Assembly (NCBI GenBank): GCA_963536045.1 | Contig: CAUSZI010000002.1 | Coordinates: forward strand, 4,757 to 68,756 | Direction of reading: 5' to 3' | DNA: 64,000 bases | DNA from: an uncultured Streptococcus sp. | Lineage (GTDB): Bacteria > Bacillota > Bacilli > Lactobacillales > Streptococcaceae | Shown here: positions 10,775-21,021 of the stretch, in pieces | How the letters are laid out: every line of letters begins with the position of its first letter | How positions within the stretch are numbered: the stretch's first letter is position 1 | Program-made: the position numbers and the translations under genes | Notes under the pieces: generated by a model | What the model saw: the letters and a program-made list of their open reading frames with translations, nothing else | Databases searched by the model: none | Told to the model about the DNA's origin: nothing

Positions 10775-12052
10775 TTATTTTGGCGCTATAACTTCTAATC
10801 CACCCATGTATGGACGCAGAACCTCTGGGATAGTCACAGAGCCATCTTCGTTTTGGTAATTTTCTAAGATAGCTGCCACTGTACGTCCGACAGCCAGTCC
10901 AGAACCGTTGAGAGTATGAAGGAGTTTGACCTTGCCATCTGCTTCGTCACGGTAGCGGATTTGAGCTCGACGAGCTTGGAAATCTTCTGTGTTAGAGCAA
11001 CTAGAGATTTCACGGTAGGTGTTTTGAGCCGGAATCCAAACTTCCAAATCGTAGGTCTTAGCAGCAGAGAAGCCCATATCTCCAGTACAAAGTGCTACAA
11101 CGCGGTAAGGCAGATTCAGCTTTTGCAGGATGTTTTCAGCGTTGGCAGTCATTTTTTCCAGCTCCTCATAAGATTCTTCTGGCTTGGCAAATTTCACCAT
11201 TTCAACCTTGTGGAATTGGTGCAGGCGGATGAGACCGCGCGTGTCACGACCAGCAGAGCCAGCTTCGGAGCGGAATGACGGACTCATAGCTGTGAAATAG
11301 ATTGGCAATTCTTTTCCGTCCAAAATTTCATCTCGGTAGTAGTTGGTCAGCGGAACTTCAGCAGTCGGAATCAGAACGAAGTTAGTATCGCTTAGCTCAA
11401 ACGTATCTTCTTTGAACTTAGGATATTGCCCAGTCCCAAACATAGAATCATGGTTGACCATGTAGGGAGTGATGACTTCGGTGTAGCCTTCTTTGCCATG
11501 CTCATCCAGCATGAAGTTGTAGATAGCACGCTCTAATCGAGCTCCCAGCCCCTTATAGAAGAGGAAACGAGCACCAGTAACTTTTGCCCCACGCTCCCAG
11601 TCCAAGATGTTCAAATCCTCACCTAAATCCCAGTGAGCCTTGGCTTCAAAGTCAAATTGGCGTGGTGTACCCCAGCGACGAACTTCGGCGTTTTCGTCCT
11701 CATCTGCTCCGACAGGAACACTATCATGTGGAATATTAGGCAATGTGGTGGTGAACTCGGTCAATTTAGCGTCTAGCTCAGCCAAGGTTGCGTCCAAGTT
11801 CTTGACCTCAGCAGAAAGTTTTTGCATGGCAGCAATCTTGTCATCTGCATTTTCTTTATTGCGTTTAGCTTGGGCAATTTCAGCAGAAACAGTATTGCGC
11901 TCAGCCTTGAGTTCTTCGACCTTGACCAATAAATCCCGGCGTTCTTTGTCAATGGTTTTCATTTGGTTGAGTGTAGCAGCGTCAACACCTCTCGTAGCCA
12001 ATTTTTCAGCGACAGAATCAAAATCTGTACGGATGCGTTTTAAATCTAACAT
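10775..12052 (-). CDS. serS: Seryl-tRNA synthetase
   Basis: [50 protein letters not shown]; start MLDLKRIR at 12052 after GGAGG. Confidence 0.98.
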   Translation of the reverse strand: MLDLKRIRTDFDSVAEKLATRGVDAATLNQMKTIDKERRDLLVKVEELKAERNTVSAEIAQAKRNKENADDKIAAMQKLSAEVKNLDATLAELDAKLTEFTTTLPNIPHDSVPVGADEDENAEVRRWGTPRQFDFEAKAHWDLGEDLNILDWERGAKVTGARFLFYKGLGARLERAIYNFMLDEHGKEGYTEVITPYMVNHDSMFGTGQYPKFKEDTFELSDTNFVLIPTAEVPLTNYYRDEILDGKELPIYFTAMSPSFRSEAGSAGRDTRGLIRLHQFHKVEMVKFAKPEESYEELEKMTANAENILQKLNLPYRVVALCTGDMGFSAAKTYDLEVWIPAQNTYREISSCSNTEDFQARRAQIRYRDEADGKVKLLHTLNGSGLAVGRTVAAILENYQNEDGSVTIPEVLRPYMGGLEVIAPK

Positions 12053-12061
12053 AAGTACCTC

Positions 12062-12245
12062 CAAAAATAAAAGCACTTTATGAAACTGTTGGAGCGGCAG
12101 AGCCGCGGTTCCATCCAACTTCACAAAAGTGCACTTGCTTAATTATTCATTTTTAAAACTAACGGTAGAATTTCCTATTTTCTCCTTATCTGCTCACAGC
12201 TACCGCAGACTTTCTGAAAAGTGCCCAATAGTACTTATCCGTTTC
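12062..12245 (-). ncRNA. T-box riboswitch (Ser) leader of serS
   Basis: Minus strand has AGTA, AGAAAG, GCTGTGAG, specifier region GAAAT-TCT-ACC (Ser codon UCU) and T-box AAGTTGGATGGAACCGCG. Confidence 0.88.
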
Positions 12246-12249
12246 GACT

Positions 12250-12278
12250 ATTATACAGGATTTTCCGGAAAATGTAAA
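12250..12278 (-). promoter_or_regulatory. SigA promoter for T-box-serS
   Basis: Minus strand TTTACA-17bp-TATAAT. Confidence 0.75.
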
Positions 12279-12297
12279 TCCTAGGATAGGAAAAATC

Positions 12298-12350
12298 TTG
12301 ACAGAAAAAGATAACTGTGTTATCTTTAGATAAAGGTAACATAGTTATCT
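12298..12350 (+). promoter_or_regulatory. Promoter with two palindromic operators (probable TetR autoregulation)
   Basis: TTGACA 12298-12303, TATCTT 12321-12326; perfect inverted repeat AAAGATAAC-tgt-GTTATCTTT 12307-12327; second copy AGGTAAC-ata-GTTATCT 12334-12350. Confidence 0.75.
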
Positions 12351-12362
12351 AAAGGAGTTCTT

Positions 12363-12920
12363 ATGGTAAAACAAACAACGCGCGACCGTATGATTGAGAA
12401 GGCAAGCCAGCTTATCAGAGAATATGGCTATCAGAATATCCCCCTGAGGAAACTGGCATCTTTGCTGGGGGTTACGACTGGTGCTTTTTACAAGGCTTTT
12501 GAAAACAAGGAGGATCTTTACTATCAGGTCTGTCTTTTGGAAAACCAGAGCCAGCTTAGACGTTTAGAGGAGCAGTATCTTGACGGAGTATCTGATCCTT
12601 TGGATTGCATTTGGCAGATAGGACTTTTTCTTTTATCGGAATATGAGACCAACAGTCAGATGATGGATTTTCTCTTTTTCAGTCCTGTGGCGATAGAGGC
12701 TTACCGGAAAGGTGAGCTTCTGGAAATCGGGAATAAGACAGTGGTTTATCTGGATCAGCTGCCTATTGAGAGTCAGAAAGAGAAAAAGATTCTTTTGCTC
12801 AAGCTGGACACCTTCATCACAGGCTATGGGCATTTTATTGCCAAAGGTTTGGAGCCTTTTGATGAGGAAGTCTATCGCTCAATGTTCAATGATTTACTAG
12901 GAGGTTACAAATATGAGTAA
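12363..12920 (+). CDS. TetR/AcrR family transcriptional regulator
   Basis: N-terminal HTH GYQNIPLRKLASLLGVTTGAFYKAFENKEDL. Confidence 0.9.
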   Translation: MVKQTTRDRMIEKASQLIREYGYQNIPLRKLASLLGVTTGAFYKAFENKEDLYYQVCLLENQSQLRRLEEQYLDGVSDPLDCIWQIGLFLLSEYETNSQMMDFLFFSPVAIEAYRKGELLEIGNKTVVYLDQLPIESQKEKKILLLKLDTFITGYGHFIAKGLEPFDEEVYRSMFNDLLGGYKYE

Positions 12921-13491
12921 AAATCTCATTGTTTATGCACATCCCTATGATAAAAGCTTTAACCATGCTATTTTAGAGCAGGTTCAGGACTTGTTGGAGA
13001 AGAAAGGTCAGACCTATGAACTGATCGATCTCTATGAGGATGGTTTTAATCCTGTCTATACCAAGGAAGAGCTAGCGCTTTTTAATAAAGGTCAGGCACT
13101 AGACCCGCTGGTTTTAAAATATCAGGAAGCTCTTGCGTCCTGTGACCGCCTTATCATGATTTTTCCTATCTGGTGGGCGGATATGCCAGCTATTGTCAAG
13201 GGCTTTGAAGATAAGGTCTTTTTGAAAAATAAGATTTACGAGGAGACGAAAACTCGCCAGTTAGTTGGTCGTCTGACCAATATTAAAGAGGTATTGGCTA
13301 TTACTACTTCAGCAGCACCGACTTTCTATCTTAAGTATTTCTGTGGTGATGTCGTCAAGAAAGCCATGTTGGACCATACCTTTAAGTCTATCGGTGCTAG
13401 ACAGCGCCGTTGGTTGAATTTCGGGAATATTTCTCAGTCTACAGCTGAAAAACGTCAAGCTTTTTTAGAAAAATTAGCAGAAAAGATTTGA
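12913..13491 (+). CDS. Flavodoxin-like NAD(P)H dehydrogenase (quinone)
   Basis: VYAHPYDKSFN, IDLYEDGFNP, FPIWWADMPAIVKG. Confidence 0.88.
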   Translation: MSKNLIVYAHPYDKSFNHAILEQVQDLLEKKGQTYELIDLYEDGFNPVYTKEELALFNKGQALDPLVLKYQEALASCDRLIMIFPIWWADMPAIVKGFEDKVFLKNKIYEETKTRQLVGRLTNIKEVLAITTSAAPTFYLKYFCGDVVKKAMLDHTFKSIGARQRRWLNFGNISQSTAEKRQAFLEKLAEKI

Positions 13492-13504
13492 GGAGGTAGC
13501 TATC

Positions 13505-14137
13505 ATGATTCGTTTTAGAAGAGCAGATGAAAGGGATCTTGCTGCTGCGGTCTCGGTTTTAACTGCTGCTTTTGCTGAGCATGAGGTCTACAGAGAAAAA
13601 TTCCGTCCTCTCTTTGGCAGCAGCCGGTCTTATATTGATTTTCTAAATAGATTGCATGCAGTTATGCTTAAGGCGGCGATGCGTCATCATATTTGCCTAC
13701 TTGCTGAAGTGGACGGGCGTCTTATGGCGGTCGCTACTATTCATAAGCTCGGTAGCCATCCTGTCGGTATACTTTCCTTTTTGCGGGCAGGAGCATGGAG
13801 GATGTGGCAATATATTCCCCAGCTTTTAGCCTTTCAAAAAGTCTTTGGGGAGGGGAGCAAAGAAGCTAAGAAAAGGAGTGTTTCAACTCTATATCTTGAA
13901 CTGCTGGGTGTGCTGCCTGATTATCAAGGACAGGGAGTTGGCGGTCTTTTTATCTCAAAGGGACTTGAGCCACTTGCCAAAGAAGAGAAATGCCACCGGC
14001 TTACTTTGATTACTCATACAGAAAGCAACTGTCGTTTTTACAAAAAGAACGGATTTAAACAACTAGATGCCCGTGATGTTGAAGGTGTCAAGACATGGAC
14101 TTTCGAGAAAAATTTAGCTGATGTTTATACTTTTTAA
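13505..14137 (+). CDS. GNAT family N-acetyltransferase
   Basis: LGVLPDYQGQGVG acetyl-CoA motif and NCRFYKKNGF. Confidence 0.88.
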   Translation: MIRFRRADERDLAAAVSVLTAAFAEHEVYREKFRPLFGSSRSYIDFLNRLHAVMLKAAMRHHICLLAEVDGRLMAVATIHKLGSHPVGILSFLRAGAWRMWQYIPQLLAFQKVFGEGSKEAKKRSVSTLYLELLGVLPDYQGQGVGGLFISKGLEPLAKEEKCHRLTLITHTESNCRFYKKNGFKQLDARDVEGVKTWTFEKNLADVYTF

Positions 14138-14324
14138 AAATCTAATGATGCGGTCTTGCATTGATAATGTCAGCTTACCCCACCCTATCATTTCAATGGG
14201 CTGAAATAGTGCATTCTCAAACCTGTTTCACTTTTCAATTTTTTGTGCTAGCTCCATTTTGCTGATACAAGCAGCTTTTGTCTTAGCCGAAAATATAAAA
14301 AATAAGGTTGAAACTTTTTCAACC

Positions 14325-14687
14325 CTATTTTTTCTTCTTAAAGATTCCAGCAATTTTTTGTAACAGAGTCGGCAATCTAACGACTTTGTCGTTGCCAATA
14401 TGTTCTCGTGCAATTTTGAGAATCTTACCAGAGTCTTTGGAGGCAAAGAGAAACTTTCCTTTGTCAGTCCAGATTTCAAAGTGGCGGCTGACTTTCTTGC
14501 CAGAAACATTGGCGCCGATAGCAGTGATGCTAGTCCAAGGCAGCTGGATATAATCTTCTACATTGGCATCAGCGTAAAACTCCAGCGCTGTCTCGCCGAT
14601 TAAAAATTTCCCAACTTTACCGCCTAATCCAAGATAGGAAACGCCAGTGGTATTAAATTCAACTGTTTTGTTTTGTGACTGTGCCAT
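14325..14687 (-). CDS. manO: DUF956 family protein (ManO)
   Basis: MAQSQNKTVE..SYLGLGGKVGK..LEFY; downstream of manN; own extended -10 TGTGGTATAAT at 14717-14727 on the minus strand. Confidence 0.85.
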   Translation of the reverse strand: MAQSQNKTVEFNTTGVSYLGLGGKVGKFLIGETALEFYADANVEDYIQLPWTSITAIGANVSGKKVSRHFEIWTDKGKFLFASKDSGKILKIAREHIGNDKVVRLPTLLQKIAGIFKKKK

Positions 14688-14729
14688 AGAGTAACTCCCT
14701 TTTAAATAATATAGCTATTATACCACAAT

Positions 14730-14755
14730 AAAAAGAAGGTCGAAACCTTCTTTTT
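14730..14755 (-). terminator. Terminator after manN
   Basis: AAAAAGAAGGT-cgaa-ACCTTCTTTTT. Confidence 0.75.
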
Positions 14756-14757
14756 GC

Positions 14758-15777
14758 TTACATCAAACCAACTACATGAGCTAGAATGCCGACTATGAAG
14801 AGAGCAACGATGATAGTGATTGGTGAAACTTTCTTCTTAAGCAACCACATGCAGAGGAAAGTCAGAATCAATCCCATTAAACCTGGAATCAAAGAGTCTA
14901 AGTTTTGTTGGAAAGTTGTGACCTTTTCAGGAGTTTGAGAAGCCCCCTCAGCTACTTGTTTAAAAGCACTATGTATTCCATTATTAATAGACGATTGGAA
15001 ATTTGTTATTTCCTCAGGAGATAGTCCTTTGCCTCCGCTCAATTTGTCAGTCAATTCTTTACTAAAGGAAACAAGCTTATCCCAATGAATATAGGCTTTG
15101 TCTTCTAACTTGACAGATGATACGTTAAAGATAAATTTAATAGATACCCATTGTTTGATAAGAACACCAATAATAAACATACCTAAAATCGATGCACCTT
15201 TAGTAATATCTTGGAGAATTCCTCCAGAAAGATCCTTAGTGATTTCTGAACCAGCCTTGTATCCTAATTCTTGTGTGTACCACAAGAAAGCCATCCGGAT
15301 AGCATTCCAAGCTAGGAAGAAGATAACAGGGCCAAGAATATTTCCTGTTAAAGCAAGAGATGCTCCCAGAGCTCCAAGAATAGGACGAACTGTAAACCAG
15401 AAGACAGGGTCTCCGATACCAGCCAGAGGTCCCATCATACCAATTTTAACCCCTTGGATAGCTACATCGTCAATTTCAACTCCATTAGCCTTTTCTTCTT
15501 CTAATGCCAAGGTTACGCCTAGAATTGGAGCTGCAACATATGGGTGAGTATTGAAGAATTCCAAGTGACGTTCAAGAGCAGCAGCTTGATCTTCTTTTTT
15601 AGTGTAGAGTTTTTTGATGGCAGGAATAAGCGCATATGCCCAACCCAAGTTTTGCATCCGTTCATAGTTCCAAGAACCTTGCAAGAAAGTAGAACGCCAC
15701 CAAACTTTTTGACGGTCAGCCTTTGAAAGAGTCAATTTTCCTGACTCATCAGGTTTTACAGTATTTAATTCTGTCAT
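14758..15777 (-). CDS. manN: PTS mannose family IID subunit, extended-loop variant
   Basis: QGSWNYERMQNLG, RHLEFFNTHPY, MMGPLAGIGDP, LDSLIPGL. Confidence 0.95.
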   Translation of the reverse strand: MTELNTVKPDESGKLTLSKADRQKVWWRSTFLQGSWNYERMQNLGWAYALIPAIKKLYTKKEDQAAALERHLEFFNTHPYVAAPILGVTLALEEEKANGVEIDDVAIQGVKIGMMGPLAGIGDPVFWFTVRPILGALGASLALTGNILGPVIFFLAWNAIRMAFLWYTQELGYKAGSEITKDLSGGILQDITKGASILGMFIIGVLIKQWVSIKFIFNVSSVKLEDKAYIHWDKLVSFSKELTDKLSGGKGLSPEEITNFQSSINNGIHSAFKQVAEGASQTPEKVTTFQQNLDSLIPGLMGLILTFLCMWLLKKKVSPITIIVALFIVGILAHVVGLM

Positions 15778-15795
15778 GATAGTGTATCTCCTTTC

Positions 15796-16599
15796 TTAAT
15801 AATCTTCTAGGATATCACCGATTGGGTCATTAGAAGTAGTTGCTCCACCGCCACCATTTCCTCCTTTTTTAGAGAGGTTGATGTAGATAAGAGCTAAAGC
15901 TACTCCAATTGCTCCAAATGCAATTAAAGTCAGTTGACTTACAGCGGCGAGAGCAAAACCTATAGCAAAGAAAGGCCACACTTCGCGACTAGCCATCATA
16001 TTAAGAACCATTGCGTAACCGACAGCCACGACCATTCCTCCACCAATTTCCATACCTTTTGATAACCATTCAGGCATTAATCCTAAGTAATGTTGAACAG
16101 TTTGAGCAGGAATAGCTAGTAGGAGGATTGCAGGGACTGCAATGCGAATACCTTGAAGAAAGAGAGCTGTGAAGTGGGCGCGTTCAACGGCTTTGAAGTT
16201 CCCTTTTTTAGCTGCAGCGTCTGCCCCGTGAACTAACCCAACTGAAATTGTACGAACAATCATAGTCAAGAAGAGTCCAGCAACACCAAGTGTTACAGCT
16301 AATCCTTGAACAACTCCAAGGCGCTCTGGAGTAAATTCACCACCTTTGATAAAGATAATTGCAGCGGCAACAGAAGCGAGGGCAGCATCAGGTGCTACAG
16401 CAGCTCCGATGTTAGCCCAGCCAAGAGCGATCAGCTGGAGAGAGCCACCCAGCATAACACCGGCAGCCAAATTACCAGTTACCAGTCCAATTAAGGTACA
16501 AGCAACCAGTGGTTGGTGGAATTGGAATTGGTCTAAGATACCTTCTAGACCAGCTAAGAAGGCAACAAAGACTACTAAAACCATAGAAATAATAGACAT
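15796..16599 (-). CDS. manM: PTS mannose family IIC subunit
   Basis: LDQFQFHQPLVACTLIG, WANIGAAVAPD, GGGMVVAVGYAMV, C-terminal DILEDY. Confidence 0.95.
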   Translation of the reverse strand: MSIISMVLVVFVAFLAGLEGILDQFQFHQPLVACTLIGLVTGNLAAGVMLGGSLQLIALGWANIGAAVAPDAALASVAAAIIFIKGGEFTPERLGVVQGLAVTLGVAGLFLTMIVRTISVGLVHGADAAAKKGNFKAVERAHFTALFLQGIRIAVPAILLLAIPAQTVQHYLGLMPEWLSKGMEIGGGMVVAVGYAMVLNMMASREVWPFFAIGFALAAVSQLTLIAFGAIGVALALIYINLSKKGGNGGGGATTSNDPIGDILEDY

Positions 16600-16643
16600 G
16601 TTCTAAATCCTTTCGTAAATTAATAAAAGCAAAACGTTTGATT

Positions 16644-17639
16644 CTACTGCACGTTGGCTTTCTTAATCAAATCAAACAAATCTTTTTTAGAGTCATTTGG
16701 TACTTTACGTACATCGAATTCAACGCCAAGGTCGCGCAGCTTTTCATAAGTAGCAACGTCTTCCTTGTCCATTGACAGTACGTTGTTGACCATTGTTTTA
16801 CCAGTTGAGTGGGCCATGGAACCAACGTTAAGGGTCTTGATTGGCACACCGCCTTCAACAGCACGAAGGGCATCTTGAGGAGTTTCAAACAGAATCAAGG
16901 CATGTGTGTTGCCAAAGCGAGGGTCTTTTGAAACAGCAATCAATTTGTCGATTGGGACAACATTGGCTTTGACATTACCTGGTGCAGCTTGCTTAATCAA
17001 CTCTTTACGAAGTTCGTCTTGAGCTACTGAATCAGAAGCAACGATAATACGATCTGCTTTTGAATCTGGCGTCCAAGCTGTTGCTACTTGACCGTGCAGC
17101 AAGCGTGTGTCGATCCGAGCAAGGTTGATTTTGAGCTTGCCGTCACCGATTACAGTCCCTTCAGGGATTGCTGCTTGGGCAACTGGAGCAGCTGCAGCAG
17201 GAGCATTTGCTTCTTCAGCAGCAGGGTTCAGCTCTTCAGGCAGAGCTTTGACTCCTTCCTTGGCTTCTTTGATGATATTGGCCACTACAGCCTCAACGCC
17301 GGCATTGGCATCCATCATCCTTTCTGTATAAGCTTGAATCAGCATAGGCAGGTTCAAGCCTGTAATGATAGCGAACTTGCGGTCTGGATTTTCACCCATG
17401 ACACGGCTAGCTTGGTTGAATGGAGAGCCACTCCAAAGGTCAGCCAAGACCAACACTTCATCGTCCGCATCAAACGAAGCCACAGCGTCATTGAACTTTG
17501 CATAGAGATCATCTGGTCCTTCGTTGGGCATGAAAGTTACAACTTGTACTTTTTCCTGCTCACCGAAAATCATAGAACCTGATTGATGAATACCAGCAGC
17601 AAATTCACCGTGGCTAGCAATAATGATTCCGATACTCAT
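16644..17639 (-). CDS. manL: PTS mannose family IIAB subunit
   Basis: [33 protein letters not shown] spacing favours the ATG at 17639 over 17648. Confidence 0.95.
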   Translation of the reverse strand: MSIGIIIASHGEFAAGIHQSGSMIFGEQEKVQVVTFMPNEGPDDLYAKFNDAVASFDADDEVLVLADLWSGSPFNQASRVMGENPDRKFAIITGLNLPMLIQAYTERMMDANAGVEAVVANIIKEAKEGVKALPEELNPAAEEANAPAAAAPVAQAAIPEGTVIGDGKLKINLARIDTRLLHGQVATAWTPDSKADRIIVASDSVAQDELRKELIKQAAPGNVKANVVPIDKLIAVSKDPRFGNTHALILFETPQDALRAVEGGVPIKTLNVGSMAHSTGKTMVNNVLSMDKEDVATYEKLRDLGVEFDVRKVPNDSKKDLFDLIKKANVQ

Positions 17640-17676
17640 TATTGACATTCCTCCTTATAAAATGTTTGACTTAAGT

Positions 17677-17693
17677 TTTAAGAAAACTTTAAG
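17677..17693 (+). promoter_or_regulatory. CiaR binding site
   Basis: Exact TTTAAG-N5-TTTAAG direct repeat, oriented opposite to manL and downstream of its -10. Confidence 0.85.
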
Positions 17694-17701
17694 GCAAGTT
17701 T

Positions 17702-17730
17702 ATTATAAAACGTTTTCATGAAAAATGCAA
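17702..17730 (-). promoter_or_regulatory. manLMN promoter with overlapping CcpA cre
   Basis: Minus strand TTGCAT-17bp-TATAAT; cre TGAAAACGTTTTAT at 17705-17718. Confidence 0.8.
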
Positions 17731-18099
17731 GCGTTTGTTCCTAAAAACGACTTTTTCTTTCAAAAATGTCAGTATTTGCTGAACCCCTGATAAATATAGG
17801 TATAAGCAAACCTTAGCTATAGAAATGTTTTAATAAATTAGGAAAATATAAAATACAACAGATTAATATATGAAAAACGTTGAAATAATATGAAAGAGAC
17901 TTTTGAAATGAAAGAAGAGAATTTTGTTTGAGAAAGTGTTTATTTATCAAAAAAGAAAGAGGAGGACCAAAGACAGAAAATCGCATCTTATGTCTTTAGT
18001 CTCCCTCTATAATGGCAAAAGTTTCTAAATAATATCAAGTCTGCCCATCATATGTTTCCAAGAGTTTGGTAAATGTTGGGACTGACATGCTTTAAAGCA

Positions 18100-19119
18100 T
18101 TAGTGTGTGAAGTCAAGTACCATACGTCCCTGAATGGTACCCGCTTCCATTTCGTCAAAGACATCCACAGCATCTGAAACAGGGCGTTTTTGAACGACAG
18201 GAACCACTAATCCTTCAGCACCAAACTGGAAGGCTTCTTCCAAGTCCTTACGAGTACCAACGAGGGAACCAATGACTTGGATACCATCTAAAACAGTTTT
18301 GACAATGCTGAGGTCCATCATTTCAGATGGCAATCCAACGGCAACTACCCGACCGCCAGCACGAACAGAGTCAACAGCTTGGTTGAAGGCAACTTTAGAA
18401 ACGGCTGTTACTACTGCAGAATGCGCACCGCCAGTTTTTTCTTGGATAAGAGCAGCGACATCTTCAACTTCATGGCCGTTGATGACGATATCAGCACCAA
18501 CTTCTTTGGCCAGAGCGAGCTTGTCATTGTTGATATCAACAGCGACAACATGGGCATTAAAGACTTTCTTAGCATATTGAACCGCTAGGTTACCCAATCC
18601 ACCTGCTCCAAAGATTACTGTCCATTGTCCTGGCTGCAGCTGGGCTTCTTTAATAGCCTTGTAGGTAGTCACGCCGGCACAAGTGATAGAAGAAGCTTGA
18701 GCAGGATCCAGTCCTTCAGGGACTTTGACAGCGTAGTCAGCTGTTACGATGCATTGCTCTGCCATCCCACCATCAACAGAATAGCCAGCATTTTTTACTG
18801 TACGGCAAAGGGTTTCGCGACCAGTTGTACAGTATTCACAAGCGCCGCAGCCTTCAAAGAACCAAGCGACACTGATGCGGTCTCCGACCTTGAGACTTTT
18901 TACATCTGGAGCGATTTCTTTGACAATACCGATACCTTCATGCCCAAGAACGCGACCCGGCACCTTGCCAAAGTCACCATGCGCGACGTGCAAATCCGTA
19001 TGGCAGACACCGCAGTATTCGATGTCAACGAGAGCTTCCCCAGTTTCAAGAGGACGCATTTCTTTATTTTCAACGAGTTGGACATTAGTTCCCTCTGGAT
19101 TTACAACAACTGCTCTCAT
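18100..19119 (-). CDS. adhP: Zn-dependent alcohol dehydrogenase (AdhP type)
   Basis: CGVCHTD, GHEGIG, structural Zn CGACEYC, GAGGLG. Confidence 0.93.
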   Translation of the reverse strand: MRAVVVNPEGTNVQLVENKEMRPLETGEALVDIEYCGVCHTDLHVAHGDFGKVPGRVLGHEGIGIVKEIAPDVKSLKVGDRISVAWFFEGCGACEYCTTGRETLCRTVKNAGYSVDGGMAEQCIVTADYAVKVPEGLDPAQASSITCAGVTTYKAIKEAQLQPGQWTVIFGAGGLGNLAVQYAKKVFNAHVVAVDINNDKLALAKEVGADIVINGHEVEDVAALIQEKTGGAHSAVVTAVSKVAFNQAVDSVRAGGRVVAVGLPSEMMDLSIVKTVLDGIQVIGSLVGTRKDLEEAFQFGAEGLVVPVVQKRPVSDAVDVFDEMEAGTIQGRMVLDFTH

Positions 19120-19152
19120 AAGTAGTTTCCTCCTGTTATTTAGTTTTTGATT

Positions 19153-19196
19153 ATGTTAATTATATCACAAACTCAAACAAATGGCAAACGCTTACA
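19153..19196 (-). promoter_or_regulatory. adhP promoter with Rex-like operator and cre-like site
   Basis: Minus strand TTGCCA-17bp-(TGa)TATAAT; Rex-like TTGTGATATAATTAACAT over the -10; cre-like TGTAAGCGTTTGCC over the -35. Confidence 0.7.
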
Positions 19197-19336
19197 ATTT
19201 CAAGCAGAAGTAACCTTTAAAACTATGATACGGCGGATAAGCTCCGATTTTTAAAGCTTTTGAGCATGATTGAGGTCGAGAGAAGACAAAAAAGAAAAGA
19301 CAAACTCTCAAACAGAGTTTGCCAAATTGTCTACTT

Positions 19337-20149
19337 TTATAAAAATAGTTTGTTGAGTTCGTGGGCGACACCATCTTGGTCGTTAGTCAGAGATAATTGC
19401 TGGTCGGCGTAGGGCAGCAGGTCAGTATTGGCATTTTTCATGGCATAGCCAGTGCCAGCAAAGGACAGCATCTCAGTATCATTTTGCTCATCACCAAAGG
19501 CAATCAGATTTTTACGATCCACATTGAGAACATTAAGCAGGTACTGAAGGGCGAAGGCCTTATTGACCCCTTTTGGAGCACACTCGAGAATGTTGAGCGG
19601 CCCGCCCCAAGAGTTGATAGCAAGTTCATGCTGGTAAAAAGCATTCATTTCCTCTGCCAGAGCGTATTTGTCAGCTGCTCGCGTCTGCAGGAGAATGGCG
19701 TTAGGATTCTCTGTTACCAGATTGGCTTGAAACTGGTTTTCTGGCTTGAAAGCATCGATGCCAAAGAGCTTGGGATCAGCAATTTCTTCATTGGGATTGG
19801 TGATATAGAATTTATTGCGATATTCGCCAGCAATGAAATCCGCTTCAATCTCATCCTTGCGCTTAACCATATCCAGCAGAAAGGACTTATCCAGCGTCAG
19901 CGATTTTTCAAAGTCCCATTTCTTTTCTGGAATGTGAGTCAAAGAGCCATTGAAGTTGATCATGGGCGTATTGAGCTCTAATTCTTTATAATATTTCAAA
20001 GCCATACGGTAGGGCCGGCCTGTTGTGATAATGACCTTGTGGCCCTTTTGGGAAATTTTTTTGATGGTTTCTTTGGTGAAGTCAGACAAATTGCTGTTAG
20101 AATCCAGCAAGGTTCCGTCCAAATCCACAGCGATTACTTTTTTTGTCAT
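19337..20149 (-). CDS. Cof-type HAD-IIB hydrolase
   Basis: DLDGTLL, TTGR, KGVNKA, AFGDEQNDTEML. Confidence 0.92.
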   Translation of the reverse strand: MTKKVIAVDLDGTLLDSNSNLSDFTKETIKKISQKGHKVIITTGRPYRMALKYYKELELNTPMINFNGSLTHIPEKKWDFEKSLTLDKSFLLDMVKRKDEIEADFIAGEYRNKFYITNPNEEIADPKLFGIDAFKPENQFQANLVTENPNAILLQTRAADKYALAEEMNAFYQHELAINSWGGPLNILECAPKGVNKAFALQYLLNVLNVDRKNLIAFGDEQNDTEMLSFAGTGYAMKNANTDLLPYADQQLSLTNDQDGVAHELNKLFL

Positions 20150-20272
20150 GTGAGTCTCTTTTCAGTGATAATACAGACTATTATAACAGAATTCAGTGTA
20201 AATAACACGACTTATGTTATAATGGTGCTCTAATCAGTCACAATTATGACACACCAAGGAGGAGCTTTTCGT

Positions 20273-20875
20273 ATGCGTAAACCGATCATGATTCATGCTC
20301 TTTTTCTGATGATTGCCTTTTTTATCTATATCCAATCTCTAAATGGCGGTCCTACCTATCTCATCTGGAATATGACCTTGGCCTTAATTAGCTATGATGC
20401 AGCTGTCTTGACACTTTTATTCAAGAAGCAGAAATGGATTTATCCTCTTCTTTTCCTACTGTGGTTGCTTTTCTTCCCCAACACTTTCTATATGATTACC
20501 GATTTGATTCATATGACTTGGGTGGCAGATGTTCTGAGTAAGCCAAGTGTTTTCCTGCTCTTTTTAGCTTTTGTTTCCAGTATTTTGTTCGGGATTTTCT
20601 GTGGTATGGAGAGCTGGTATGTCGTCAAGGAAGGCTGGAAGCTTAACTGGTATTTGGATCTATTGTTGACGGCAGCTCTGTCTGCTGTGTCCAGTCTGGC
20701 TATCTACATAGGACGTTATGATCGCCTCAATAGCTGGGATTTATTGCTTCATCCTCAGCTGGTTCTACAGAAACTCTTGCAAACTTTGCAGCCTGATCGA
20801 CTGCCTTTCATTCTTGGTTTTACCTTTTTACAGTTTATGAGTTTGGTATTTCTGATGAAAGATAATAAAAAATAA
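20273..20875 (+). CDS. DUF1361 family membrane protein
   Basis: WNMTLA, WLLFFPNTFYMITDLIH, IYIGRYDRLNSWD; RBS AGGAGG before ATG 20273. Confidence 0.8.
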   Translation: MRKPIMIHALFLMIAFFIYIQSLNGGPTYLIWNMTLALISYDAAVLTLLFKKQKWIYPLLFLLWLLFFPNTFYMITDLIHMTWVADVLSKPSVFLLFLAFVSSILFGIFCGMESWYVVKEGWKLNWYLDLLLTAALSAVSSLAIYIGRYDRLNSWDLLLHPQLVLQKLLQTLQPDRLPFILGFTFLQFMSLVFLMKDNKK

Positions 20876-21021
20876 GAACAGCGAGACATTCATCTTGAAA
20901 AAGTGAATGTTTTTTATTATAATTTAAAATATCGTTCGCAAATAAGTAGTTTTAAATTTGTTTTTATTTATTTTTTGAACTAGATATTAGAAATTTTACT
21001 CAAAAGGAGATTTATTGAAAA

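Noticed and set aside
12053..12124. N-terminal extension of SerS in the ORF track ([10 protein letters not shown]..)
   Set aside because: It overlaps the T-box antiterminator; the RBS supports the start at 12052
17760..18095. AT-rich manL-adhP intergenic region with repeated ATATGAAA and a hairpin near 17960-18008
   Set aside because: The hairpin is adequately explained as the adhP terminator; the short repeats cannot be distinguished from AT-rich background
20925..20945. PurR-box-like sequence upstream of the NCS2 permease
   Set aside because: Only a partial match (minus strand TTTGCGAACGAT) in very AT-rich DNA; no purine riboswitch core seen
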